A DNA stretch of 64,000 nucleotides, from NCBI GenBank assembly GCA_964016885.1, contig OZ024758.1, forward strand, positions 28,396,001 to 28,460,000, read 5' to 3'. Shown piece after piece: positions 25,955 to 37,819 of the stretch. The position numbers and the translations under genes were made by a program. How positions within the stretch are numbered: position 1 is the stretch's first letter; every line of letters starts with the position of its first letter. The notes beneath the pieces are model-generated. The model had not been told where the DNA came from, did no database searches, and worked only from the letters and a program-made list of their open reading frames with translations. This DNA comes from Eledone cirrhosa (taxonomy: Eukaryota).

Positions 25955-26610
25955 TTCTTCTTCTTTTCGTATCTTTGAAGCATGTGGTTATATGACAGTT
26001 TCCCATTTCTTTACACAGTCCTTTACATTATTATTAAATTATTAAATAAGGGCGGTGGATTGGCAGTATCGGTAGAGGGTTGGACGCCATGCTTTGACGC
26101 ATAGAGTTACGGCCCTTTCCATTCTGAGTTCAAATCCCACCGAGGTTAACTTTGCCTTTCATCCTTATGGGGTCGATAAAATAAAGTACCAGTAATACAC
26201 TGGGTAATTGCTGGCCTTGTGCCAAAAGTAGAAACAATTATTATTAAATTCTGCGAGATCTTTTAAGCTGCACTGGTTGGGTAGTAGAGGGCAAACAAGG
26301 CAGTGCTGCATCGTGTGGTCCTCCTCTCCACATCCGCAGATGGTTGGGCCGGTATTGTAGCCCCATCTGGCCATAGCAGCTTTTGATCGCCCCATTCCTG
26401 TTCTCAGGCGGTTGAGTGTCTTCCACTGGACCCATGGTGCTTCTGAGCCAGGAGGGAGGGCTTCAGAAGGGGGGATTTCCATGTCAATAGGAGGGGAGTC
26501 ATTCTCTAGCTTTCTAGTCCATAGCTGTAGTCTGGTTTCTTCCTGAGATGTTGTTAGGGGCTGGACATGGCTGAGGAAGCTTCTCCTTGACTTCAGTCAT
26601 TGGGCCGGCC
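25955..26610 (-). mobile_element. Vingi-like LINE 3' part interrupted by a MetaSINE (+, 26050-26240)
   Basis: LKSRRSF...WKTLNRLRTGMGRSK..WGY..CGCG..HTMQHCLVCP..DLAEFN; resumes NVKDCVKKWETVI* then (GAA)n. 14-bp TSD ATTATTATTAAATT at 26027 and 26237. Confidence 0.85.
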
Positions 26611-27764
26611 AGATATTGGAATATTGGATAGAATGCTTTACAGTATTCGTTCCAGATCTCTGCACTCTGAGTTCAAATCCTGCCAAGGTCAATTTTGCCT
26701 TTCATCCTTTTGCAGTTGATAAAAAAGTACCAGTCTAGTACTGGGGTCAATTCTTCCTCTACATTTCTTTCTTACTTTTACTCTCTCACATTCTCTGAAA
26801 GGAAGTGGTTGTGATCAGAGCTAGAAAGGGATGAGCTCTACCAGGTTTAAAGTGACCAAGGAATGCCCTGTATCATGATGACACCCGTATGATTTTATCA
26901 GGATCTATGGGTCCATACATACATATGATAGTAGATTCCTCAAAAAGTAAACAACTTTAACATATTTTTTTAATATGGTTAATTTGAAAGTTCAGTTTAA
27001 GTGGTTTATACCCCCAATCAAGGAAGAGATGCAGTCTAGTTTCTTCTCACTTCATAAACAATATAGTTATTAAGATATATATTAAGATATATGTATATAT
27101 AATAGTTAAGATTGAATTTGGAAAAACCCTGCGATAGACTGGTGTCCTGTGCAGGGTAGGTCTTGTACTCTCAGGCGTTTCATGCCACAGAAACTATGAT
27201 AAGCATTATGCCATTTAGAAATTGTAATGTATTTTCTGTTAAAACTATAAAGTTCTTCAAAATTTAATGTATGTAACTTGAAAAAGTTTACGTATTTTCA
27301 CTACAACAGACTGAGTGCAGGCTTAGCTGCAGGGTTAAGAAATTCATTTTGTAGCTACCTGATTTTAGATTTAATCTCATTCTACAGCACCTTTTGAAAA
27401 TACCTTTTATCATAGCCTTAGTTTGAGGAGTCATTTAAGGGAAATTTAGTACATGAAAACTGCATAGAAGCTAGTAGGAATTACGATTTCTGTTCTTAAG
27501 TAGTAGATTTAATATGTTGTCTGGTTTAATTTAATACCATAACCTGGTTCTTGAATGCCTATAGTGAAGTCAACTCTGTTTACCAGCATTCAAGAATACA
27601 GGACAAGTCTTCAGTCTGAGTATAATTTTGTTCCTTCCACATATCAGTCATGGAGATCCTGAAAAGGGTCCTGGGTACTGCCCTTCCTCTCTCGCCCCTC
27701 CCCCTGACTCGCAGACAATTATATTTTTCAAGTCACGCATAATAGATTTTTAATAGCTTTATAT

Positions 27765-28143
27765 ATGGATTCCTCCGAAGGGTCTTTGGAGTAAAATTAC
27801 TTGATAGAGTGTGTAGCTCAGAGATCAGAGAGTCACTCCAGGTAGAGCCGCTATTTCTCCGAATTGAGAGAACACAGCTCTGATATTATGGGTATGTGGT
27901 TAGAATGTCTCAGGAAAGAATCACTGGATAGATTTTATAGGGAAAACCAACCAGCAAGAGACCCAAGGGTAGACCCTGAGCAAGATGGTTGTATAACATC
28001 TATGAGCTTGGCAGGTTATGCTTGGGGATCCAGCTGGATCAGTTGGAGATGGTTGATTCTGGACCTACTGGAGGGAGTGTTTGAGGACTTTTCTTCCATG
28101 ATCCTCTTAGGAATAAGTGGGCAAAGAAGAAGAAGAGAAGAAG
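27765..28143 (+). mobile_element. RTE-like LINE 3' end
   Basis: MGFLRRVFGVKLLDRVCSSEIRESLQVEPLFLRIER...RPKGRP; GAA tail. Confidence 0.8.
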
Positions 28144-28571
28144 CTTCATATATTATTCAGTCATGCTATTACTGTTTGGAGATGCATTGGTTTTGTGAAA
28201 TTTTAGAGTTGTATAGAGTACAAACATTTTAACAATAATGAGTAATATTTAAAAAAAATCATAATCAAAATTGAAATTGGAAATAGAAAGTTCTTCATTT
28301 CAAAATCTTTAAAACAAACTTAAATAAAGAAAAATAAATGTATTCATAATTGAACTCTTGCTGTATAAAAAAAAAATATTCAGAAAAAATAAAAACATAA
28401 ATACAAACCAATTATTTTAACATAATTATAAATTGTACTCAATTTAAAACTAAAAATTAACTAAACATATTTTAATTTAAATGTTTAGAGAATAAATAAT
28501 ATTAAAAAGTAAAAGTGCAAAATAATTAATTTAAATTATGAAAATTAACAGTGCTTATTATTATTTAGTAA

Positions 28572-28762
28572 GGCGGTGGATTGGCAGTATCGGTAGAGGG
28601 TCGGACGCCATGCTTTGACGCATAGAGTTACAGCCCTTGCCATTCTGAGTTCAAATCCTGCCGAGGTTAACTTTGCCTTTCATCCTTACGGGGTCGATAA
28701 AATAAAGTACCAGTAATGCACTGGTTAATTGCTGGCCTTGTGCCTAACGTAGAAACAATTAT
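28572..28762 (+). mobile_element. MetaSINE-type SINE, full length
   Basis: GGCGGTGGATTGGCAG head, GAGTTCAAATCC B box, Meta core. Confidence 0.88.
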
Positions 28763-29379
28763 TTAGTAATTACTTTAAAATGAAGTAATTTATGAGCAAT
28801 TTAGTAATATCCAATATACTATTAACAAAAATTATTTAGATATAAGAGTATATAATTGAAACAGATCGTTTATTTTTATATTAACTATTCTGACACTCTA
28901 ACATATGCAAAAAATATTTGGTTATGTTATTTTGTTTCTTAAATAGATCAAACATATGATGTGATGGTTTAAATAGATGAAAAATATGATGGTGGTGGTT
29001 TAAACTGCCATTTAAAGAGTGATGTGCAATTTTAAATACATATTAAAGAAAACATTTCAAATATTTTTAAATTCTGTATACTTAGTGTTTATATTATAAA
29101 AACTATTAGATAATATTCATGGAAGAAATATGTGGATTATTATCCACCTACATAGACGTGACATCTGGAGCTTTCGAAGAAGAGATAGTGTTAGTAAAAG
29201 CTGAGAGTAAACAAAGGCAAACTATAAAAAATGTTGTTATGAAAGAATATGAATAATTTAAATAAAAAAATCAGACTTTGTTGACATCTATTTTTAAACA
29301 TTTACAAAAAAAAAAAAAGATTATTTTGTAGCAAAGTGAATTGTGAAAAAAAACAAAACTTGAGCCGGTGGGGTTGAAC

Positions 29380-29765
29380 TGAGGGGACAGCAAAAGGCCA
29401 GATGGCATAACCATCTTCCCATTCCGCAGTGGCAAACCCCTCGTCTGGGATGCCACTTGCACCAACACTTTCTGCAGCTGCAACCTGGTGTAGTCTGTGA
29501 CTAACCCAGGTTCTGCTGCATGTCGGGCTGAAGAAGTCAAACTCCTCAAATACTGGTCGCTCTCCGACAGGTTTGTGGTTGTACCCTTGGCAGTGGAGAC
29601 TTCTGGTATCCTCAGCCCTAGGGCTACCTCCCTACTCACTACCATAGGCACTGAGCTGGCCAGCCACAGGTGTGAGCCCTGCGAGTTGGAATAGCTTTTC
29701 CAGTGCGTCTCCCTTGCCGTCCTCCGGGAAAACGCCTTCTCTATTCTGTCCACCGGGGCTGTGGG
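29380..29765 (+). mobile_element. CRE-like retrotransposon restriction-like endonuclease fragment
   Basis: RPDGITIFPFRSGKPLVWDATCTNT...AEEVKLLKY...VPLAVETSG...LFQCVSLAVLRENA; in-frame stops. Confidence 0.8.
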
Positions 29766-29794
29766 GAGGCCACCAATATGATTGACTGACTTGT

Positions 29795-30116
29795 GGAGGC
29801 ACATGGCTTAGTGGTTAGAGCATTGGCTTTGCAATCGAAAGGTTGTGAGTTCAATTCTCAGACCAGGTGATGTGTTGTTTCCTTGAGCAAGACACTTTAT
29901 TTCACATTGCTCCAGTTTACTCAGCTGTAGAAATGAGATTATAGGGACTGGAGTCCCTATCATTCCACTGCAAAGTGGTCGTGGAGGTGCCACGGCAAAA
30001 AAGCACCCAGCACTCACTGTAAATGAGGTTGGTGTTAGGAAGGGCATCCAGCTGTAGAAAACCTGCCAGAATCAGTTCCCGTCCCACCCTTGCAAGCAGG
30101 GAAAAGTGGACGTAAA

Positions 30117-30144
<28 letters not shown>
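29795..30144 (+). mobile_element. CORE-type SINE, full length
   Basis: Head, CORE and (GAT)n tail; 8-bp TSD TGACTTGT at 29787 and 30145. Confidence 0.9.
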
Positions 30145-30147
<3 letters not shown>

Positions 30148-30394
30148 CTTGTCATTTTATCAGTCAGATTAAAAAAACTAGTTACATACCTTACATTAAG
30201 GTATTATTATTATTTCTTTTGTTCAGCCTTGTGTTTATATAAGCAATCAATAAGTAGTGAAATGGTGGAATCATGAGGCATGAAGACGTCGGATAGAATG
30301 TTTCATGGTATTCATACAGACCCTCTGTGCTCTGATTACAGAACAGCAATCAGATATTTAAAGCTCGGATGTGGTGTATTCAATATCCAGATTA

Positions 30395-31200
30395 GTGAAG
30401 ATATTAATGGTAGTTACGGAGTAGGCAGACCCAGAAAAACCTGGGACGATTTGATAAATTCCGACCTTACACACTTGCACCTCTCTAAGACAATGTCACT
30501 GGACCGAGATTTTTGGCGCTATGCAGTAATACTGAAGACCCGCCTTGCCTATGTACAAAGTGAAACCTACAGTCAGTAGGCAGCTCTTAACCAAATATAC
30601 ACCCCTATCCACTACCCCTACCCTATCCCCCCACTCCCACCAACACCACCATCTCTCTGTAAAGTTGGTACCACAACATCCAGTCCAAATAAATGAGATA
30701 ATGAGATCGAGATCGTGTAGGTGTCACGACAAAAGAAACACACACAGTCCACGCTGTAATGTGGCCGCGTAGGTAACACACAGTTCCACACTGTAATGTG
30801 GTCGCGTAGGTAACACACAGTTCCACGCTGTAATGTGGTCGTGTAGGTAACACACAGTTCCACGTTGTAATGTGGTCGCGTAGGTAACACACAGTTCCAC
30901 GCTGTAATGTGGCCGTGTAGGTAACACACAGTTCCACGTTGTAATGTGGTCGTGTAGGTAACACACAGTTCCACGCTGTAATGTGGCCGTGTAGGTAACA
31001 CAGTAAAAGGTTCCCAGTTCCACACTGTAAATGTGGTTGGAGTTAGGAAGGGCATCCAACCGTAGAAAACCTGCCAGATAGTCATACATGAGCGAGACAT
31101 GGTCACCCAACCAACCTTGCCTCAAGTGGGACAACTCCCGTCTAACCCATGCTAGCGTGGAAGATGGACATTAAATGAAGATGATGATGATGATGATGAT
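30395..31200 (+). mobile_element. RTE LINE 3' end with 7x 37-bp tandem expansion in the 3' UTR
   Basis: GRPRKTWDDLINSDL..DRDFWR; unit cagttccacgctgtaatgtggccgtgtaggtaacaca at 30745-31002; (GAT)n tail. Confidence 0.88.
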
Positions 31201-31414
31201 TTCAGAGGTAAATCCAGTTAGTATACTTCCGGTTACTACTGAGCTGCAAAAGTTAAAACTGAGCACAACATTATTAACCTTGCCCAGTTATTTCTATTTA
31301 TCAGTGAAGGAACACACACAGACAGACAATCTTGTTGCTACAGCTCATACTTGTGTAGGTTTAGCTGGCCTCTTATAAAGTTGCATCATATAGGAGGTTT
31401 TTTTTGTGTTTCAA

Positions 31415-31762
31415 CCCTTTAGCATTTAAACTGGCCGTATCTGGCCAGAATTCTCTCACCTCTTTCTGTTCAAACCAGCTGTAACTAGCTGCTCCTGCTG
31501 ATGTTAAGGTATGGTTCTCTAAATAAATAAATAATTGTTTCTACTTTTGGCACAAGGCCAGCAATTGTCCCAGTGTATTACTGGTACTTTATTTTATCGA
31601 CCTTGTAAGGATGAAAGGCAAAGTTAACCTCGGTGGGATTTGAACTCAGACGATATCCCGCTGAGGTTAACTAAATAAATAATATCAAAATCTCATAGAT
31701 TCGATATTATGTGAGACAGAGCCTTTACCATGAAAATATAATAGTAAATATAGAGGATAAAA
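31415..31762. mobile_element. piggyBac-like MITE (reverse orientation) with MetaSINE insert at 31531-31651
   Basis: Reverse complement of the 1876-2073 family. Confidence 0.75.
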
Positions 31763-32004
31763 GTGATGCTAATCCTATAATGTCATTATTTTCCCGGTGA
31801 CATCGAGCATGATTTGAACTCAGAATATAAGAACCAGAACAGATACTACAAGGCCAGAAGGTCTGACACTAGTATTTCTACCAATGTAATTTTTTTCTAT
31901 CCTGAAAAGATAAAAGTCAAAGTTGACCTCAACAGAATTTGAACTCAAAGAAGAGAGACAAAGCACTCTAATGACTCGGCCAATTCATAGCCTCAGATAC
32001 ACCA

Positions 32005-32580
32005 TCATCATCACCATCATTATAGTTTTATATTAACTTTTCCAGGCTTGCATGGGTTGGATGGGTCTTTTCTAGCATAGCAGCCCTCCACTCTTTACAG
32101 TCCTTCATCATCTCCTCTATCAGATTCAGCAATTTGAGGATCAGCTCTCACAACTTCAGTCCAGATATAGGGGTTTATGCTTTGCTGGGATCTTCTCTTT
32201 TAGTTGTCTAACTAAGAATAGGGCATCTGTGGTTCTCCTCCTAAGCATAAAACCAATCTGCATCTCATCTAATTTAACTCTTTCTCTAATTAACTGTCAC
32301 TTTCATAAATTGGTCCATCGGCTTTATGCTCCTATAGTTGCTCCTTTTGAGTGTACTATCTTTTCCCTTGTAACAATTAATGAAAATACTATTATGCCAG
32401 CCATTGGGTATTACCAGGTCATGTGTTACCTGATTATGTGGGTGATTAATTGAACTTCTGCTTCCCAAGAACATTTCAGTATTTCAATGACTATCTCTGA
32501 CAGTCCATGGCTTTACCATTTGTATCTTCTTGATTGCTTCTTTGACTCTATAACTGTTAATTTTGATAGCTAGTCCCTCT
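32005..32580 (-). mobile_element. Degraded RTE LINE fragment
   Basis: INCYKGKDSTLKRSNYRSIKPMDQ, homologous to 55500-55720. Confidence 0.75.
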
Positions 32581-35086
32581 TCTCAGTCAGCTGTTTGACA
32601 GTGAAGAGCCTGGCTGAGGCTCTCCCTCCAATTCCCTTCTTGGACAGAGCACTCTTATATTCATCTTCTCTCAAGTAACTCCAGATATATCTTTCAGACT
32701 GCCCACATTACGGTTGGCAACCCTGAGATGTGTTACCTGACAGTGGTAATTAGGTTGTCCTTACATAGTTTTCTGTACCTGAAATGGTAAATAGGTGTGC
32801 GATTGCTTGATGACAGCATGGATTGGGTGTATTATTTGTGCCACCAGCACTAGAAAGCTTATCTGATTGGATATAAGAGTCCTCAATACGTGCATCAGTT
32901 TTTATTCAAATTGACTGCTCCCCTAGACAGGTTGCCACCACTACACATATTTTCTTTGTTGATTTTTAAACCTTTTATCTATCTAGCTCTTTCAGAATCT
33001 GAACTATTCTATTCAACAATATAATTCATCAAGTAGGGGTATACCTGTTAAGAATATAGAATGTAGATTTGTGTAATGTTTGTGCAATGTTTTTTAGCTA
33101 CACAGATTTACTTCAATATTTTACCAATGTCATTCATAGTTTCGAGACTTGTTCCAGCTAATGATTCAAACCATTTTATATTGATTTACTTCAGTTAAAT
33201 TTTGGTTATCATTAACACAGACAAGTTTCATTATCAATTCTGAAGTCTTTTTTTTTCATTTTAAAAAGGTGGCTTTCAACAGAAACATAAATGCTTATGG
33301 CTGCTAATTTGATGTCTTATTAATATGCTGCTATCTACAGTATATGAAATATATTTTCCATTAAAAAGAATTTCAAATGACATTCTTAAGAAAAGAAATC
33401 AATAATTACTTTGCCACTGTTCAACATAAGAGTTTATTTTTCATAAATTGAAAAATGTTATAGAATCTATAACTAAGAACAAATTATTCCTTAAAATGAT
33501 TTAGAGAAAATTAAAAATTATTAATTAGCAATATTCTTTAAGGCATCAGATATATTGTCTTATTTTAAATTAAAAAGTTTTTTTTTTTACCAAATGCAAA
33601 AATTCACAAATAAAATATATGTACAAATTTTGTTGTATTGCATTAAGTAGAAATTGTACACAGCTATATTAAAATGTTCAATTAGTTAATGTTAATTATA
33701 CATAAAGTATTCATCAGGTGAAAACTTTACAAATAAAGCAGGTGGTTTCAGAATTCTTTTGTTCTATTTTATATAATTATGATTTCTTACAAGAGGCTAA
33801 AAAGATTTTGAAAAGAGAGAAAAATAAGATATCATGATTTTTCTAATTGTTCCCGCTAAGTTGTATCAATAAACACAAGTTATAAATCACAACTTGGTCA
33901 CAGATTTATTTTACCAGAATCTATTATTATCCAAAAAACATTCACCACTGAATCTTGTAAAATGATAGTAGTTGAAAGTAACCCAGCTTTTTAGTTATTT
34001 ATTTAAGAAATAAATCAACGATGGCTGAGGGAAATTGTTAGTAATGTATAAATGAAGATAAAAATATGTAATATTAAATTGGTATATTTCTATCAATACA
34101 TTTGCCACAGTCTATATCATTAATGTATAAAGAAAAGTTTATGTTTACCCTCCCGAAAAATTCAAGAACATAATCTACCATTACTTATATATTGTAAAAA
34201 AGTAACAAAAAGGATATGGTCAATAAGGTGCATTTAAGAAAATGGTATTAATAAAAAGGGGTATAGTAATATTATTTCAATAAATTTTAATGATTAAAAA
34301 ATAAATTAAATTATTCATATCTATGAGCTCCTTATAAAAATCAAGGCTATATAATCAGCGAAGAAAGTGATGCAAAAGAGAATATTGGAGAAGCAAAAAA
34401 TAGATAGAGTAGAAAGTATAAGAAAGGAAATTATATGAACTATTAGAATGCGTAAAAGAAAAAATGGTATGTAAAAAGAAAACAGATTCACTCTGAATAG
34501 GAGTGCAGTAGAGAAAATGATGAGTTTGTACATCAAAGTGAAAAGATGAGGTGTTTTAGACAATTTTGAGTTAAACTCACATACATATTCACACTTACAT
34601 ATATAAATACATGAATATATACTAGTACATCCCCTACACATATTGGAATATAAAAGTACTAGATAAATTTACTTTTCTAGAAAAAGTTTATTATTTAAAA
34701 ATTAGAAGCCAGCTCTTTCTTAACAATAATTATCACATACTTTTAAACATTAAAGCAATAGATGTTTGATATTTTTTTTAATGTGTTGTTTAAGTAAATG
34801 TATTCAAATTTAAAACTAACAACTTATATTTATTTAAGATATATGATCAAGTAAAATATAAAAATAACCTAAGTTAAGAAATATTTTCTTTATAATTTCA
34901 TTTAGATTTAGTGCCAAGCTAAATATATTTAAGAAGAAAATATAAATTAACTAAAAATATACATTCTTAATTATATATTTCTGAGATCAAAATTGTATTT
35001 TGGGTTTTTTTTTTCAGTTTTATTGAATACTACAATGTGATGTCTTCAACACGATGTACCTATAAGGAAATGAAATGTATGTGAGT

Positions 35087-35126
<40 letters not shown>

Positions 35127-35884
35127 TCATAAAAAGTGACTTATATGTATCATTGTCATCTTGGCCTGTCAGTTTTAATTCAGAATCACTGCTGCCACCC
35201 TAGATAAGTAAGGGATCCATATCTTATTTGTTCATTTTCTATGGCTGGATGCTCATTATAGGGTCTATTGCATACATTCTATCATAGAACCAGCACTACA
35301 GGGGCTGTCATGTATTTGTCAAAAGTAAAGAGTCCTCTTGAGCCTGTGTTCCATCTGTTCATTTGCCAACCACTTTACTGAATATACTGGGTACATTTTC
35401 TCATGGGACCAATACTTGCGAGGTGGCCTTGTACCTCACAACACTAAAGAATCCTGACTATGCTGTTGTCTCCATTCATTCAAGACAATGTGACCAAGAG
35501 GGATCAAAGACAGAGAGGAGCTAGGGTGAGAGGGTGAAAGAAGAGCGAAATGATGGGGGAAATAGAGTAGTAAAGGGGGAAGTAATAGAAGTGATGGTAG
35601 CTACATATTTGTAAGTAAGAGAGAGAGAAGAAAAGAAAGTAAATGATGAATGATAGCAAGAGAAGGTGATGTATGACAAATAGAAGTAAGTTATGTCACG
35701 TTCTCCACCTCCAACTTAGTCGCTTTGGCCACAAACCCCGGTACCACAGCCCACAATGCAGAGGAAAAGAAGATAAATAAATACCAGGGATTGTCCGGCC
35801 GCTTCCTCTTTGCACCGGTCACTGCCAAGACCTCAGGCACACTTAGACCCCATACAGTCAAGCTTTTCTACAAAATCAAAACGT

Positions 35885-35980
35885 TGGCAGCCCTGTGAAG
35901 TGGGGTGGCTGTTGCAGCAGGTGTCACTGGCCATTGTCCACAAGAATGCTTTTGTGGTTTTGTCCGCGGGGTGCAGCCCC
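35885..35980 (+). mobile_element. CRE-like 3' fragment
   Basis: QPCEVGWLLQQVSLAIVHKNAFVVLS. Confidence 0.6.
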
Positions 35981-36295
35981 TTTACCCCCACACCCTAGGC
36001 CCAGAGCCCAATAATTCTCCGCCACCCTCCCCATTCTTCTGTAACACTCCCTCCCTTTACCATTTTTTTCTTTTTCTCTATTTTCTCTATATTTTCCTAT
36101 TTACATTCTATTCTTCTCAATCTAAATTTTTTTTTCTTTTCTATTAAACTCTATTTACATGATATATTCCATAAATAAAATGTTCCCATAGTAGAGATGG
36201 GTGATGACAAGAGAAAGTGATGTATTTCAATAATGATTCACCTAGGGGAGAGGGAGTGAGGGTTAGCAGTAAAGATGGGCATTATTTTTACATTT

Positions 36296-36480
36296 GATTG
36301 GCAGTATCGGTAGAGGGTCGGACACCATGCTTTGACACATAGAGTTACGGCCCTTGCCATTCTGAGTTCAAATCCCGCTGAGGTTAACTTTGCCTTTCAT
36401 CCTTACGGGGTCGATAAAATAAAGTACCAGTAATGCACTGGGTAATTGCTGGCCTTGTGCCAAAAGTAGAAACAATTATT
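36296..36480 (+). mobile_element. MetaSINE-type SINE
   Basis: Near-identical to 28572-28762. Confidence 0.88.
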
Positions 36481-36862
36481 TTTATATTTGATTGTCTTAT
36501 TATAAAATATTACTTTGGCATCTCATCATCATCATCAGCAGCAACATGACCATTTAACATCTGTTTTCCGAGCTGGTGTGAGCTGGATGAGCTAATTGCT
36601 TTCTCAAAATTTGAACAGTTTCATTATTCTTGATTCATGAAAATGCCATATCTCTCATGGCATGGGGGTCAAAGACTTCCCCAAACCCTGTTCCCTGTGA
36701 TTTTCAGTTGCTTCTAAATTTGAAGCATCTGAGGTGCAGGCAATTCTTCTGGGATGAAGAATCGCAATCACCTACAGAACAGTTGTTGGCTGAGCAGAAC
36801 AAACAGATGTATTGAAGTTACCAGTGACTTTGTTTTAAAATAAATGTATTTATATATATATG

Positions 36863-36897
<35 letters not shown>

Positions 36898-36981
36898 TTA
36901 TATATATATGTATATATATATATATATATACACAAACACACATCATCATCATTTTACGTCGGCTTTTCCCTGCTTGCACAC

Positions 36982-37038
<57 letters not shown>

Positions 37039-37529
37039 TATACATATACTTATATATATATGTGTATGTGTGTGTGTTTGTGTGTGTGTGTATGTGTGTG
37101 TGTTTTCCTGTTACTTCATTGATTATATATATATGTATCAAAAGTACCTAATACAACCTATTACTTGGTTGTGGATACCAGTGTGATTACACGGTCAGCC
37201 CTACCAAGCCTACTTGATAAAGAGGGTGGTTTTTTAACAACCTGCAGGATAGGTAAAAAACTGCCAGGGTGGATGACTCAAAGAGTCAACAGTCATCCAA
37301 TAGTGAGAATATATATATATTCATCATCATCATCATCATCTGAAAGTGAAGATTAAAATACATATATACATATGTGTGTGTGTACATACATATATATATA
37401 AGTTTATCCCAGGTTCAATCGGGGGTAACCACAGTAAGTAAGGTACTCAATACATAGCAGAGTATAAATATTATAGATAGAAATGATTTCTACAGGACTA
37501 GAACTGTTTCATTCGGGAGAAATCATCAG

Positions 37530-37580
37530 GGCTTCCTGATGATTTATCCCGAATGAAACAGTTCTAATCCTGTAGAAGCC
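37530..37580 (+). ncRNA. Type I hammerhead ribozyme motif, intact core
   Basis: GGCTTC-CTGATGA-tttatcccgaat-GAAA-CAG ttctaatc CTG-TA-GAAGCC: 6-bp stem I, stem III, GUA site. Inverted copy at 37473-37530. Confidence 0.7.
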
Positions 37581-37702
37581 ATTTCTATATTAAATATATA
37601 TATGTATATATGACAAGTAAGTTTCTTTTGAAACAGCGAGCGAAGTTTGAAATTCAGTAGAGATAGAAGCTTTCGCAGTATGTTTGACTAAAGAAATTTT
37701 AC

Positions 37703-37819
37703 CCTGATAGTGTGGTTTAAAATGGTCTAAAAAATGGAAAAGGATAAGTATTGATGTACATGTACATCTATATGCATCCTTTTCTATTTTTTTAGAGCGT
37801 TTTAAACCACACTATCAGG
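37703..37819. repeat. Fold-back inverted repeat
   Basis: cctgatagtgtggtttaaaa...ttttaaaccacactatcagg, about 40-bp arms. Confidence 0.8.

Noticed and set aside
29795-29870. tRNA gene
   Set aside because: It is a SINE head that continues into a CORE domain and tail, with a TSD.
35050-35080. Second recursive site (ttccttatag|gtacat)
   Set aside because: The regenerated donor is poor.
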